Positions 8,192-17,900 of a stretch of DNA of 38,393 nt are shown in pieces. Within the stretch, counting starts at the first letter, position 1, and every line of letters starts with the position of its first letter. Origin of the DNA: a virus (taxonomy: Duplodnaviria; Caudoviricetes); IMG/VR virus record IMGVR_UViG_3300035135_002099, positions 1-38,393 of that record; one strand, written 5' to 3'. The notes under the pieces were generated by a model. That model did not search any database. It was not told the origin of the DNA and was given only the letters and a program-made list of their open reading frames with translations. The translations under genes and the position numbers were made by a program.

Positions 8192-8950
8192 CTATCCTAT
8201 CAAAAATCCGTAACCTTGCCCTCCAGGAACAGCAGTTGAAACTTCTTGTTCTAATTTTTCCATTTCTGCCATTGCTTCTGTTTTTAATGTATCCCCATTT
8301 AATGTTGAACCGCCTTGTGGACCTGCGATAGTTGCAAACTTAGATCTTGCTTCTCCTAACATAAACTTACATGCCGCTAAGGTATAATCTTTTATCCATT
8401 GCTTTGCTAAGTAATCGTCTAAAATATTTTCATCAGGTCGATAATTGTATGCCATTAACAATAATGTCTCGTCCGTTCTAGGACGTTGAAGTAATGTTAA
8501 TTTTTTTGTAGTTGAATTCCATTTAAATTCAATAAATGATCCAAACATACGTCCTACTAATTCTTGATATTGACTAAACATATCATATGTTGCTAATCCT
8601 CCAAGATTAGAAGAACTTAACAAATATGTGTTTGTGTAAGCAAGATTAAATGGTTCAAAGATTGTTCCGCCATCGCCGCCACCTGTTCTTGAACCAACAC
8701 TTCGTCTGAAGATTTTTCTTACTTCCATAACCTCTTTAGCAAGAGTATATTCATTTTGATCTATTATAGTTTCTATAAAAAGATATGATTCTTCAACAGC
8801 ATGATCAGATCTTTGTCTAAAACGTGTTAATGATTTTTCTAAAGCAGTTTCATAATGGATAGGGTCTAATTCAACATCAATCATGCCGCCCCCAAGCATT
8901 GCATGAACATAATCAAACACCTCTTTTTTCTTTGTTGCTAAATCTGTCAT
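8192..8950 (-). CDS. gp13: Neck/head-completion protein (T4 gp13-like); start revised to 8950
   Basis: LGGGMIDVEL...WIKDYTLAACKFMLGEARSKF...GPQGGSTLNGDTLKTEA...LEQE...FLIG pattern. GGAGA RBS at 8959-8963. Confidence 0.75.
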   Translation of the reverse strand: MTDLATKKKEVFDYVHAMLGGGMIDVELDPIHYETALEKSLTRFRQRSDHAVEESYLFIETIIDQNEYTLAKEVMEVRKIFRRSVGSRTGGGDGGTIFEPFNLAYTNTYLLSSSNLGGLATYDMFSQYQELVGRMFGSFIEFKWNSTTKKLTLLQRPRTDETLLLMAYNYRPDENILDDYLAKQWIKDYTLAACKFMLGEARSKFATIAGPQGGSTLNGDTLKTEAMAEMEKLEQEVSTAVPGGQGYGFLIG

Positions 8951-8968
8951 ATTTGTTTTCTCCACTAG

Positions 8969-8989
8969 TATTTATCCGTCGGATAAATA
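8969..8989. promoter_or_regulatory. Perfect palindrome made of two back-to-back late-like promoters
   Basis: TATTTATCCG-T-CGGATAAATA gives GATAAATA on each strand, pointing into the divergent gp13 and gp14 genes. Confidence 0.75.
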
Positions 8990-8994
8990 TACGT

Positions 8995-10101
8995 ATGCCA
9001 AGACTATCATTATATAAGCCAGAACGAGGCCAAGACTACAAGTTTTTAGACAGACAAATCTCTGAAATGTTTACTGTTGGCGGCACAGACGTTCATATTT
9101 ACAAATACATAGGTACCGACGATGGTACTACTGTTAAAGATCATACACAAATACAAGATATGCTATTTTTAGAAAATAGAGATAGAAAGTATGATAAAGA
9201 TATTTACAGAGTTCGCGGTATTTATAATGTTCAAGATATTGATTTTGATTTATCTCAGTTCGGATTATTTTTAAGTAATGACACATTGTTTATGACTATT
9301 CATATCAAAGATAGCGTAGAAACACTAGGAAGAAAAATTATGCCTGGTGATGTATTTGAACTTCCGCATTTGGTAGACGAATATGCAGAAAACAATTTTA
9401 GTCTAGCACTTAAAAGATTTTATGTTGTTGAAGATATAAACAGAGCTGCAGAAGGTTTTTCACAAACATGGTGGCCGCATTTATATAGAGTTAAACTAAA
9501 ACAGATATACGATGGTCAAGAATTTAAAGACATATTAGATTTACCAGCAGATGAGGAAGCACCAGAAGGTGATACACTCAGAGACTTGTTGTCTACATAT
9601 GAAAAAGAAATGCAAATATCTCAGGCAGTTATAACTGAAGCAACAACAAACACTCAAAAGAGCGGATATGACATTTCAAATTATTTTAGTTTACAAATAG
9701 ATAACGAAGGTGTTGTAGAAATAAACACTGCAACTAAAGATGATATAGGATTATCTACACCAATGTTACCTGCAAAGTTAGGATATGCCGGTTATATATT
9801 TGCAGATTCTCTTGCTCCAAATGGTGCACCATTTAGTTTTGGTGTAGCATTTCCTGAAAACGCGGAAAACTTAGACTATTTTTTAAGAACTGATTTTTTG
9901 CCAAATAGACTTTTCCAATTTAAAAATAATAAATGGATAAAAGTACACGATGTTAGACGTGCAGTCCTATACGGTGCTGATGAAGCTAATAACCTTAAAG
10001 GTACATTTATAAACAATAACAATTCTTCTGTAATAGGCGGTGAAACAGTTACAGAACGACAGGCACTATCTCAAGCACTGAAACCAAAGGCGGATAATTA
10101 A
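8995..10101 (+). CDS. gp14: Neck protein (T4 gp14-like) with C-terminal extension; start revised from 8899 to 8995
   Basis: MPRLSLYKP...DMLFLENRDRKY...DLSQFGLFLSNDTLFMTIH...PGDVFELPHL. Lies between gp13-like and gp15-like genes. The longer ORF start overlaps the opposite-strand gene. Confidence 0.65.
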   Translation: MPRLSLYKPERGQDYKFLDRQISEMFTVGGTDVHIYKYIGTDDGTTVKDHTQIQDMLFLENRDRKYDKDIYRVRGIYNVQDIDFDLSQFGLFLSNDTLFMTIHIKDSVETLGRKIMPGDVFELPHLVDEYAENNFSLALKRFYVVEDINRAAEGFSQTWWPHLYRVKLKQIYDGQEFKDILDLPADEEAPEGDTLRDLLSTYEKEMQISQAVITEATTNTQKSGYDISNYFSLQIDNEGVVEINTATKDDIGLSTPMLPAKLGYAGYIFADSLAPNGAPFSFGVAFPENAENLDYFLRTDFLPNRLFQFKNNKWIKVHDVRRAVLYGADEANNLKGTFINNNNSSVIGGETVTERQALSQALKPKADN

Positions 10102-11519
10102 TGCAACACTTTTATGACGGACAAGTAAGAAGATATGTAACACAAATTATGCGTGTCTTTGGTACATTTAGATATAAAGACGGCAAAGGTAACTTAACTA
10201 CAGTTCCTGTGACATACGGTGATTTAACTAGACAAGTTGGTTCTATTCTTAGAGATAACTCTGAAAATAAAATACCAAGTGCTCCGAGAATGGCTGTATA
10301 TATTACTGGCCTAGAGATGGATACTACACGAATTAGTGATAGTAGTTACGTCAATAAACTTAATATTAGAGAACGTGCATTTGATGCTAATAATAACGAA
10401 TACCTTAATAAAGAAGGAAAAAATTATACTGTAGAAAGACTTATGCCTACACCTTATACATTGAGTGTAAGTGTAGACTTATGGACTACAAACACTGATC
10501 AAAAATTACAAATATTAGAACAAATACTTATGTTGTTTAATCCTAGTTTAGAAATTCAAACTACAGACAATTATATAGATTGGACAAGTATTTCTGTGCT
10601 TAATATAGAAAATATTAATTTTAGTTCAAGGAGCATTCCTACAGGTACAGAGTCAGAAATTGATGTAGCAACTATAGGATTACAAGCACCTATCTTTATA
10701 AGTCCACCTGCAAAAGTAAAAAAACTTGGAGTTATAACAAACATTATAACGGCTGTGTTCGCTGATACTGGTTTAGAAGTTAATATTGATGAAACAGCAT
10801 ACGCCCAGTCTTTGTCTAGTGAACCTATACCGGTTAATGAAGATGTGCCAGATACAACAAAAGATGCATATCTTACAACAGAAGATACACTAGTTACTAC
10901 AAGTTATTTGAATTATGATATAGAAGTAATTAACAATGTAGCAAGGTTAATTCGTGCAGGCAAGGTCGGAACAGATACTTGGACGTCATATATGAATGCT
11001 ATGCCAACTGTAGTATACGAACCTGGCATTACAGAAATAAGATTACAACGAGATAATGGTTTTGAAATTACTGGAACAGTAACTATTGATACAGCAGACG
11101 AAACAAGATTGTTATTAAACATAGATGACGAAACAACACCTGCTGACACTGTCATAACAGGACCTACAGGTGATAGAACTACAATTGATTATGTGATTGA
11201 TCCCACAAGATACAATCCACAAACAGATACAAGCAAAACAGGTTTGAGACTATTACTATTAGGACCAATAGGTGATGTTGATAACGTAGATGGTGCAAAT
11301 GCATGGAAAAACGGAGATAATACTGATTTTGTTGCATCTGCATACGATATAATCGAATGGGACGGAAATGCTTGGCACATTATTTTTGATGCAAGTAGTG
11401 TAACACAAGATACTTTTGTTACTAATTTAAATACCAATATTCAATACAAATGGACTGACTCGCAATGGGTTAAGTCTTGGGAAGGTGACTACTCAGATGG
11501 CACTTGGAGAATCGTATAA
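10101..11519 (+). CDS. gp15: Tail terminator / sheath stabiliser (T4 gp15-like) with C-terminal extension
   Basis: MQHFYDGQVRRYVTQIMRVFG...VPVTYGD...PRMAVYITGL...PTPYTL...QKLQILEQILMLFNP. TAATG coupling to the upstream gene. Confidence 0.8.
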   Translation: MQHFYDGQVRRYVTQIMRVFGTFRYKDGKGNLTTVPVTYGDLTRQVGSILRDNSENKIPSAPRMAVYITGLEMDTTRISDSSYVNKLNIRERAFDANNNEYLNKEGKNYTVERLMPTPYTLSVSVDLWTTNTDQKLQILEQILMLFNPSLEIQTTDNYIDWTSISVLNIENINFSSRSIPTGTESEIDVATIGLQAPIFISPPAKVKKLGVITNIITAVFADTGLEVNIDETAYAQSLSSEPIPVNEDVPDTTKDAYLTTEDTLVTTSYLNYDIEVINNVARLIRAGKVGTDTWTSYMNAMPTVVYEPGITEIRLQRDNGFEITGTVTIDTADETRLLLNIDDETTPADTVITGPTGDRTTIDYVIDPTRYNPQTDTSKTGLRLLLLGPIGDVDNVDGANAWKNGDNTDFVASAYDIIEWDGNAWHIIFDASSVTQDTFVTNLNTNIQYKWTDSQWVKSWEGDYSDGTWRIV

Positions 11520-11535
11520 TTAAATAATTAATTAT

Positions 11536-11970
11536 ATGAAGGACATTGTTTGCAGTGGTGCATTATTTTATACCTTAGATACAAATCGTTTTTTATTTTT
11601 ACATAGAGCAAATAGTAAGCGTTCTAATGTTTGGGGACTCGTAGGTGGTACTAATGAAGTTACTGAAACTCCATGGGAAGGATTGCGTAGAGAAATAGAA
11701 GAAGAAATAGGTGATATTTCAATTAAGAAAACTATTCCTTTAGAAACTTTTATTTCAAACGATACAAAATTCAAATTCCATACTTATCTGTGTATTGTTC
11801 CTAACGAATTTATTCCTAAATTAAATCATGAACATGATGGATATGCTTGGGTAAGTTTTACAAAATGGCCTAAACCATTACACTACGGTTTGCAAAATAC
11901 ATTAAACAAAAAATCAAACATAACAAAATTAAAAACTGTTTTTGATGTAGTAAACTTACTTGACAGTTGA
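11536..11970 (+). CDS. Nudix hydrolase
   Basis: Nudix box GGTNEVTETPWEGLRREIEEEIG and LNHEHDGYAWV. Confidence 0.88.
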   Translation: MKDIVCSGALFYTLDTNRFLFLHRANSKRSNVWGLVGGTNEVTETPWEGLRREIEEEIGDISIKKTIPLETFISNDTKFKFHTYLCIVPNEFIPKLNHEHDGYAWVSFTKWPKPLHYGLQNTLNKKSNITKLKTVFDVVNLLDS

Positions 11971-11988
11971 CAAAAAATAAAGTATAAT
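11960..11988 (+). promoter_or_regulatory. Perfect-consensus sigma70 promoter for the heptose operon
   Basis: TTGACA (11960-11965), 17 nt, TATAAT (11983-11988). The hldE ATG is at 11994. Confidence 0.8.
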
Positions 11989-11993
11989 AAAGC

Positions 11994-13133
11994 ATGAAAG
12001 TCTTAGTTATTGGCGATGTAATAATTGACAAATATATTATCGGTACTTCAACAAGGTTGAGTCCCGAAGCTCCTGTTCCGGTAGTTGCTCAGCAAGACAG
12101 TTGGGAGCAATGGGGCGGCGCAAATAATGTGTATTTAAATCTAATGAGCTTAGGAGTAGATGTAGATCTATTAGACTTATCTTGGCCTAAATGTATTAAG
12201 ACTAGAGTTCTTTGTGACGGACATTATGTTACAAGAGTTGATCAAGATTTTGAAACAGATGGCGATAAAACTCTTGAAATGATTCTAGAAAAAGATTTTA
12301 CTGCTTTCGATATTGTAATATTAAGTGACTATAACAAAGGTGTTTTGAAACATTCAAAAGAAATTATAAATCATTTAAACAAATATAATTGTAAAGTTAT
12401 AGTAGATCCAAAAAAACATTGCAGTTTTTATGAAGGCGCTTGGTTAATAAAACCAAATAAAAAAGAATATGAAGTATTTGGCTTTAATAACTATACAGGA
12501 AATATAATTTTAACTGATGCAAGTGAAAAAATTACAGCAACTATAAACAATAAGTTATATAATGTTATTCCTGAGTCTGTTGAAGTAAGTGACGTTACTG
12601 GTGCAGGTGATTGTTTCTTAGCAACTTTTGTTTACGGTTTGTCGCTCGGTAAGGACTACGAATCTAGTTTAAAGTTAGCAGTAAAAGGTGCAACAGAATC
12701 AGTCAGACACGTTGGTACTTACGTTGTAAAATTAGAGGATTTACAGGAACGTGTTGTTTTTACAAACGGTGTGTTTGATATATTGCACAGAGGTCATTTT
12801 ACTTTATTAAAAGGAGCTCGTGCATTAGGAGAAAAATTAATAGTTGGTATTAATAGTGATGCTAGTACAAAGCGTCTAAAAGGTGAAGATAGACCAATTA
12901 ACCCGCAACAAGTTCGCAAAGAACAGTTAGAAATGCTGTCTTGGGTAGACGAGGTTATCGTATTTGACGAAGATACACCATACGAATTAATTAAAAAACT
13001 AAATCCTGATATGATTGTTAAAGGCGGCGATTATACTGTTGAAACTGTAGTTGGACACGACCTTGCTCCTGTAAAAATAATTCCTACAGTAAAAGGATTT
13101 AGTACAACAGATATTATAGAGAAAAGTAAATGA
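11994..13133 (+). CDS. hldE: Bifunctional heptose-7-phosphate kinase / heptose-1-phosphate nucleotidyltransferase (compact HldE/RfaE)
   Basis: VLVIGDVIIDKY...RLSPEAPVPV...GGANNV...LSDYNKG...DVTGAGD (PfkB kinase) fused to FTNGVFDILHRGH...GINSDAS...LKGEDRP...KGGDY...GFSTT. Confidence 0.93.
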   Translation: MKVLVIGDVIIDKYIIGTSTRLSPEAPVPVVAQQDSWEQWGGANNVYLNLMSLGVDVDLLDLSWPKCIKTRVLCDGHYVTRVDQDFETDGDKTLEMILEKDFTAFDIVILSDYNKGVLKHSKEIINHLNKYNCKVIVDPKKHCSFYEGAWLIKPNKKEYEVFGFNNYTGNIILTDASEKITATINNKLYNVIPESVEVSDVTGAGDCFLATFVYGLSLGKDYESSLKLAVKGATESVRHVGTYVVKLEDLQERVVFTNGVFDILHRGHFTLLKGARALGEKLIVGINSDASTKRLKGEDRPINPQQVRKEQLEMLSWVDEVIVFDEDTPYELIKKLNPDMIVKGGDYTVETVVGHDLAPVKIIPTVKGFSTTDIIEKSK

Positions 13134-13948
13134 AAATATTAGTAACAGGACATAAAGGATTTATAGGGTCAAATATTGCCCTATATTTGCAATCAAAAGG
13201 ACATGAAGTAGAAGGCTGGGAATATATGCCAAATGTTATTCCTAGCACAGAAAATTACGATTGGTGTATACATACTGGAGCAATTAGTTCTACTACATAC
13301 ACAGATGTAAATCAAATACTAGAACAAAATTTTGAATTTAGTGTACGCCTAGCTCAAGTATGCGAAAACTTTGGTACAAATTTTCAATATGCTTCAAGTG
13401 CAAGTGTGTATGGCAATACAACACACTTTACAGAGGACGGGCCGTTATATCCACAATCTCCATATGCATGGTCAAAATACTTGTTTGATAGATTCATAAA
13501 CCAATTTATAGACGAATTTCAAATTACTATACAAGGATTTAGATATTTTAACGTATACGGTAAAAATGGAGAATTACAAAAAGGTGATATGGCAAGCCCA
13601 TATACTAAATTTACAAATCAAGCCAAAGAAAACGGATTTATAACACTATTTGAAAACAGTGAAAAATATAAAAGAGACTTTGTTTGCGTAGAGGATATCT
13701 GTAAGCTACAGGAAAAAATGTTCGACATAGATGCTAAAGGTATTTTTAATGTAGGTACCGGAAGACCTGTTAGCTTCCAAACTGTTGGTAGTGCTATAGC
13801 AAACAAATACGATGCAGATATTAGATATGTTTCTATACCCGATAATATAAAAGGCCAATATCAAAAGTACACTTGTGCTAACCTAGACAAACTAAATTCT
13901 GTAGTAGATATGAAATGGAAAAGTATAGAGGATTATATAAATGACTGA
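13130..13948 (+). CDS. hldD: ADP-L-glycero-D-manno-heptose 6-epimerase (HldD/RfaD-like extended SDR)
   Basis: VTGHKGFIGSN, GAISST, YASSASVYG, YAWSK, FRYFNVYG...KGDMAS, RDFVCVED, YQKYTCAN. Confidence 0.88.
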   Translation: MKILVTGHKGFIGSNIALYLQSKGHEVEGWEYMPNVIPSTENYDWCIHTGAISSTTYTDVNQILEQNFEFSVRLAQVCENFGTNFQYASSASVYGNTTHFTEDGPLYPQSPYAWSKYLFDRFINQFIDEFQITIQGFRYFNVYGKNGELQKGDMASPYTKFTNQAKENGFITLFENSEKYKRDFVCVEDICKLQEKMFDIDAKGIFNVGTGRPVSFQTVGSAIANKYDADIRYVSIPDNIKGQYQKYTCANLDKLNSVVDMKWKSIEDYIND

Positions 13949-14336
13949 ACCTACTAGATTACAAGGAGTTGTTCCTAAAGGCTGGGGATACGAACTTATT
14001 TGGGCAACCAATGACAAGTACTGTGGTAAAATTATGGTTTTTGAAAAAGAAGGTGCTAAATTCAGTATGCACTTTCACAGAGAAAAAGACGAAACTTGGT
14101 TTGTAAACGCAGGTCAATTTAAAGTACGCTGGATAGATACTACAAATGCAAAGTTATATGTAAAAGAATTAAAAGAAGGCGACACTTGGCATAATCCTCC
14201 ACTACAGCCCCATCAATTAGAATGTATTGTTGCAGGTTCTATTACAGAAGTTAGTACACCTGATAGTGTCGAAGACAATTATAGAGTATACCCAGGAGAT
14301 AGTCAAAGTGAATCAACCGAAAATAAATTGGAGTAA
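13941..14336 (+). CDS. Cupin-fold protein, sugar-phosphate isomerase-like
   Basis: KGWGYE...SMHFHREKDETWFV...HNPPLQPHQLE...EVST cupin metal motifs. Confidence 0.75.
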   Translation: MTEPTRLQGVVPKGWGYELIWATNDKYCGKIMVFEKEGAKFSMHFHREKDETWFVNAGQFKVRWIDTTNAKLYVKELKEGDTWHNPPLQPHQLECIVAGSITEVSTPDSVEDNYRVYPGDSQSESTENKLE

Positions 14337-14934
14337 CGATGTAAGTAAAAAGATGTCTGCTTACAATACTAAATGTGTTGTAGGTTTAGATAGAGACGGC
14401 ACTATCAACGAAGACATAGGAACTTATATAAAAAATCCAGACGATCTAAAACCAATTAAAGGTAGCTTAGAGGCTGTAGCAAAGATTAGAAATCTCGGAC
14501 ACAAGATAGTAATAATTACAAATCAAGGCGGAATAGAAAAAGGTGTTGTAACACAACAAGAAGTAGATTCTGTAAATCAACGACTTATGGATTACCTAGG
14601 ACAAGCAGGTTGTAGAGACATTAATGCTTTGTATTACAGTGCTAGTTCAAGAAAAAATGATATGTATGCAAAACCTAATACAGGCATGTTCAAACGTTGT
14701 GAGAAAGAAAATCCTGATATAAAATTTTCAAAAGGATTTTATGTAGGAGACAAATTAAGTGATCTTAAAGCAGCACACAAAGTAGGTGCTTTACCTATTC
14801 TTGTGCGTACTGGCTATGGCGAAAAAACAGAAAAAGAACTTAATAAGTTTGCTTACAAAGCAATTAAAAAACGTACAAAAATATTTGATAATTTATCAGA
14901 CTTTGCTAACTGGTTAGAAAGCAATTACGCCTGA
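14308..14934 (+). CDS. gmhB: D,D-heptose-1,7-bisphosphate phosphatase (GmhB, HAD IIIA); probable GTG start at 14308
   Basis: LDRDGTINED, ITNQGGI, KPNTGMF, VGDKLSD, LVRTGYG. AGGAGA at 14294-14299, 8 nt before the GTG. Confidence 0.85.
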   Translation: MNQPKINWSNDVSKKMSAYNTKCVVGLDRDGTINEDIGTYIKNPDDLKPIKGSLEAVAKIRNLGHKIVIITNQGGIEKGVVTQQEVDSVNQRLMDYLGQAGCRDINALYYSASSRKNDMYAKPNTGMFKRCEKENPDIKFSKGFYVGDKLSDLKAAHKVGALPILVRTGYGEKTEKELNKFAYKAIKKRTKIFDNLSDFANWLESNYA

Positions 14935-17900
14935 GCTTCACCCCATCTAAGTATAATTTTAGTATCTGTTGCTATGCCTTTTGTTTTTGATATATTTATT
15001 GCAAGAACATCAGGCCCATTTGGATATGTTCCTCTACCACCTAAAGGTGTATTTGTAAGTTCTTTTAGTGTACTAAAATCAACAGTTGCACGTTCACCTG
15101 GTGTTGCAACAAATGAGAAAATAGTTTCTCCAGGCAAAGCGTATTCAGGTATTGTTGCGTTATAGATTACATTAGTACCACCACTCAATATTCCTAATGC
15201 ACTATTATTGTGTGTAACTTCGTAATAATTTGTAGTTCCGAAATTTTTCTCTACTACCGAAGCAACAACTGTTCCTGCCGGATAATTTGTATCTGTACTA
15301 TCAATAGCTGCACCTGTTAGTAACCCAGATGCTTCCCAACTAGCTTCAGTATAATATGCTGTAGGACTCTGTTTGGTAGCAGTGTTAAATGTAAAATCTA
15401 AACTTAGGCTACCTGCTTGATAATCTTGGCCTTCATTTGAAGCATTACCATCAAAATATACTTCGTATTCTGGACCACCTGGAAATCCATAGTCAACTGG
15501 TCCTATTATTTGCGTAACTCTTCTACCATTAAAAGGAACTGTATTACAAGTTGCACCTACTCGCAAACCTAAAGGATCTAAATTCGAGGCATATACATAC
15601 ATAAAGTTATCTGTCGTATTAAAAAAACCATTACCATTTGCATCAACAACGTCAGAGTTTGTAATGCCTGATAATGTCATATTACCTTGATATGTAACAG
15701 TTTGTGTGGTAGGACCAGACTGGCTTGATACCCATGTTATAGCACCTCCTGATGCGACTTGAGCAAAACTAGGTTGTCCTCCTTGTGCTTGTGTAGACAA
15801 TCCTTGCCATTGTACATCTCCTGGATTGAGGGGATAATTTTTTGGATTAAGAATGCCTTCGATAACAATACCACCTGTAATCGGGTTATTACTACCATCA
15901 ACTCCGTCTGACGTAATTTCTAAACTTTGTAGTAGTAACTGTGCTCTGTTAAGAAGTTCTCTTTCTCCTAGATCTCCGATTAGTGCATTAGAAACAGTAG
16001 GTGCTAGTCTAATCAAAAATGATGTAGTTTTTTCTACTGATGCTTCTGCTCCTTCTGTGTATGAGAAGATATACCCTCTATCTTCATCAAAACCGCCGTC
16101 TGTAAGGAATGCTGAACCCCAGTGACTAATTAGAGGTGTAATTGTTTGAGATATTAAAACAACTCCAGTTCTAGCATCATGGGCATCTGCTGCACCTGCT
16201 GTATATGATCTATCTGCACCTGCTTGGAAATTTGTAAATGTTGCTGATCTTGTGCATCCTGTTAGTGTATGAGTAGCATAGTCATTTCCGTTAAAAGTTA
16301 TAATTTCATTATCAATATAAACTGTACCTGCTGTAGGGAAGAAACTAGAATCCTCTAAAACTATAGTATCTTGGGTATTATCCATTGCTACTGCAAGTTT
16401 ACCTGAAGGACCTTCATTTGTTACTTCATAACGTACAGGCAAGTTACCTGAACGCATAAATGCTTCTGTATTAACGTTTGAATTACGCATTCTATGACAG
16501 AATACAAAATTACCATCAGAACCACGTAACATAAAATCAATAAATCCAGCACCGTACCAACTGTACTGTATGCCAATCATTTGCATTTTAGCAATATCTA
16601 TATCATAACCACTTGGTCCTGTGCCATCTAGTCTATCTAAATTAAATTCGCTCTGTTTAACTTTTTTATCAACAATAAGATTTGCTTTTTTACCGCTTGT
16701 GTTTACAACACCTCTCCAATCAGGTGTAACAGTTGCTGCTGTTTGACTAGTAACAGAGGTAACAACATGTGTCATTCCTCCTATAACTATTCTATCTCCT
16801 GCTTTTAATTGATCTTGAAATCTTGTATTAGTTCCAGTCATTGTATTTTGATCAACTTGCAAAGCTACTGTACCTGCTAGTTGTCTTGTTCCAGTACGTT
16901 GTACCACACTTATTTGTGTGCCGTCAAACTCCCAAAAAATACCATTTTGGTCATCAAATATACCAGATCTTACAGTTGCTCCATGCCAGCCAACTACAGA
17001 CATTTGCGATCCAAATCCTAGCACTGCATTTGTATCGCCAAGTCTCCTTTGAGATCTAACTTTGAATGTTCTTTCATCTACAACATCAATAACTTCATAT
17101 TCAAATTCTGGCGGTACTGCTGTTTCTGGTCCGCTGTTGTATCCTGGTGTTTCAATTCCTATTAGTCTAATTCTACCACCCACTTGTACGCCGTGATCAT
17201 TATCGTCAGTTGTAACAGTTATGGTAGAATTAACTTCTACCCCATCGGCTGTTACACTACGTAAATCATAACTTGGTGCAAAGAGTGCGCCAGTTGTGTA
17301 CATAATGCCTTTACCTGATTGGTATCTGATATATTTTTTACTTTGACGTATTGCTTGTGCGCCGTGTTGTGGGCCGCCGGTGCCTAGTTGTACGCCGCCA
17401 TCATAAGGCCTGTGTACAAAGAAACTATCTGGTCTAGGATATACTATACCTTTAACGTTATTGCCATTAGAAGTATCAATAGTACCTGCTGTTCTAGCCT
17501 GATATCTTAAACTTGTTAATGTAGGGACTTCTGTTACAAAAAATGAGCCGCCTGCAAGTTTGTGGTTATTACTTGTATCGTCAGAGGTAATAGCAACGAT
17601 AAATGTATCTCCTGGTACTAAACCATGGTTACTATCAAATGTTACATCCAGTGTTGCTAATTCAGAAAATGTAATTAATGCATCTTTTAAAAGTAATTGT
17701 GATGCTTGTTCAGTAATAAGCACTGTTGAAATTAAATCAAACGGATCGCCTGTAGAAGCCGGATTTGCGTTAACAACAATGCTTGATATTTGACCAGTTG
17801 GTTGGCTAGATGTTTGAACTGTTATTGATATATCATTTTGTGGTGTCTGTCCGCCTATAAGATTTCCTGAGATTACAATTATATCTCCATCTAGATAACC

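Noticed and set aside
11967-11972. Second TTGACA as the -35 element of the hldE promoter
   Set aside because: It is only 10 nt from TATAAT. The copy at 11960-11965 gives the canonical 17-nt spacing.
11994-14934. Heptose genes as bacterial LPS-locus contamination or a prophage boundary
   Set aside because: They are flanked on both sides by phage virion genes, overlap one of them, have similar composition and are shortened relative to bacterial homologs.
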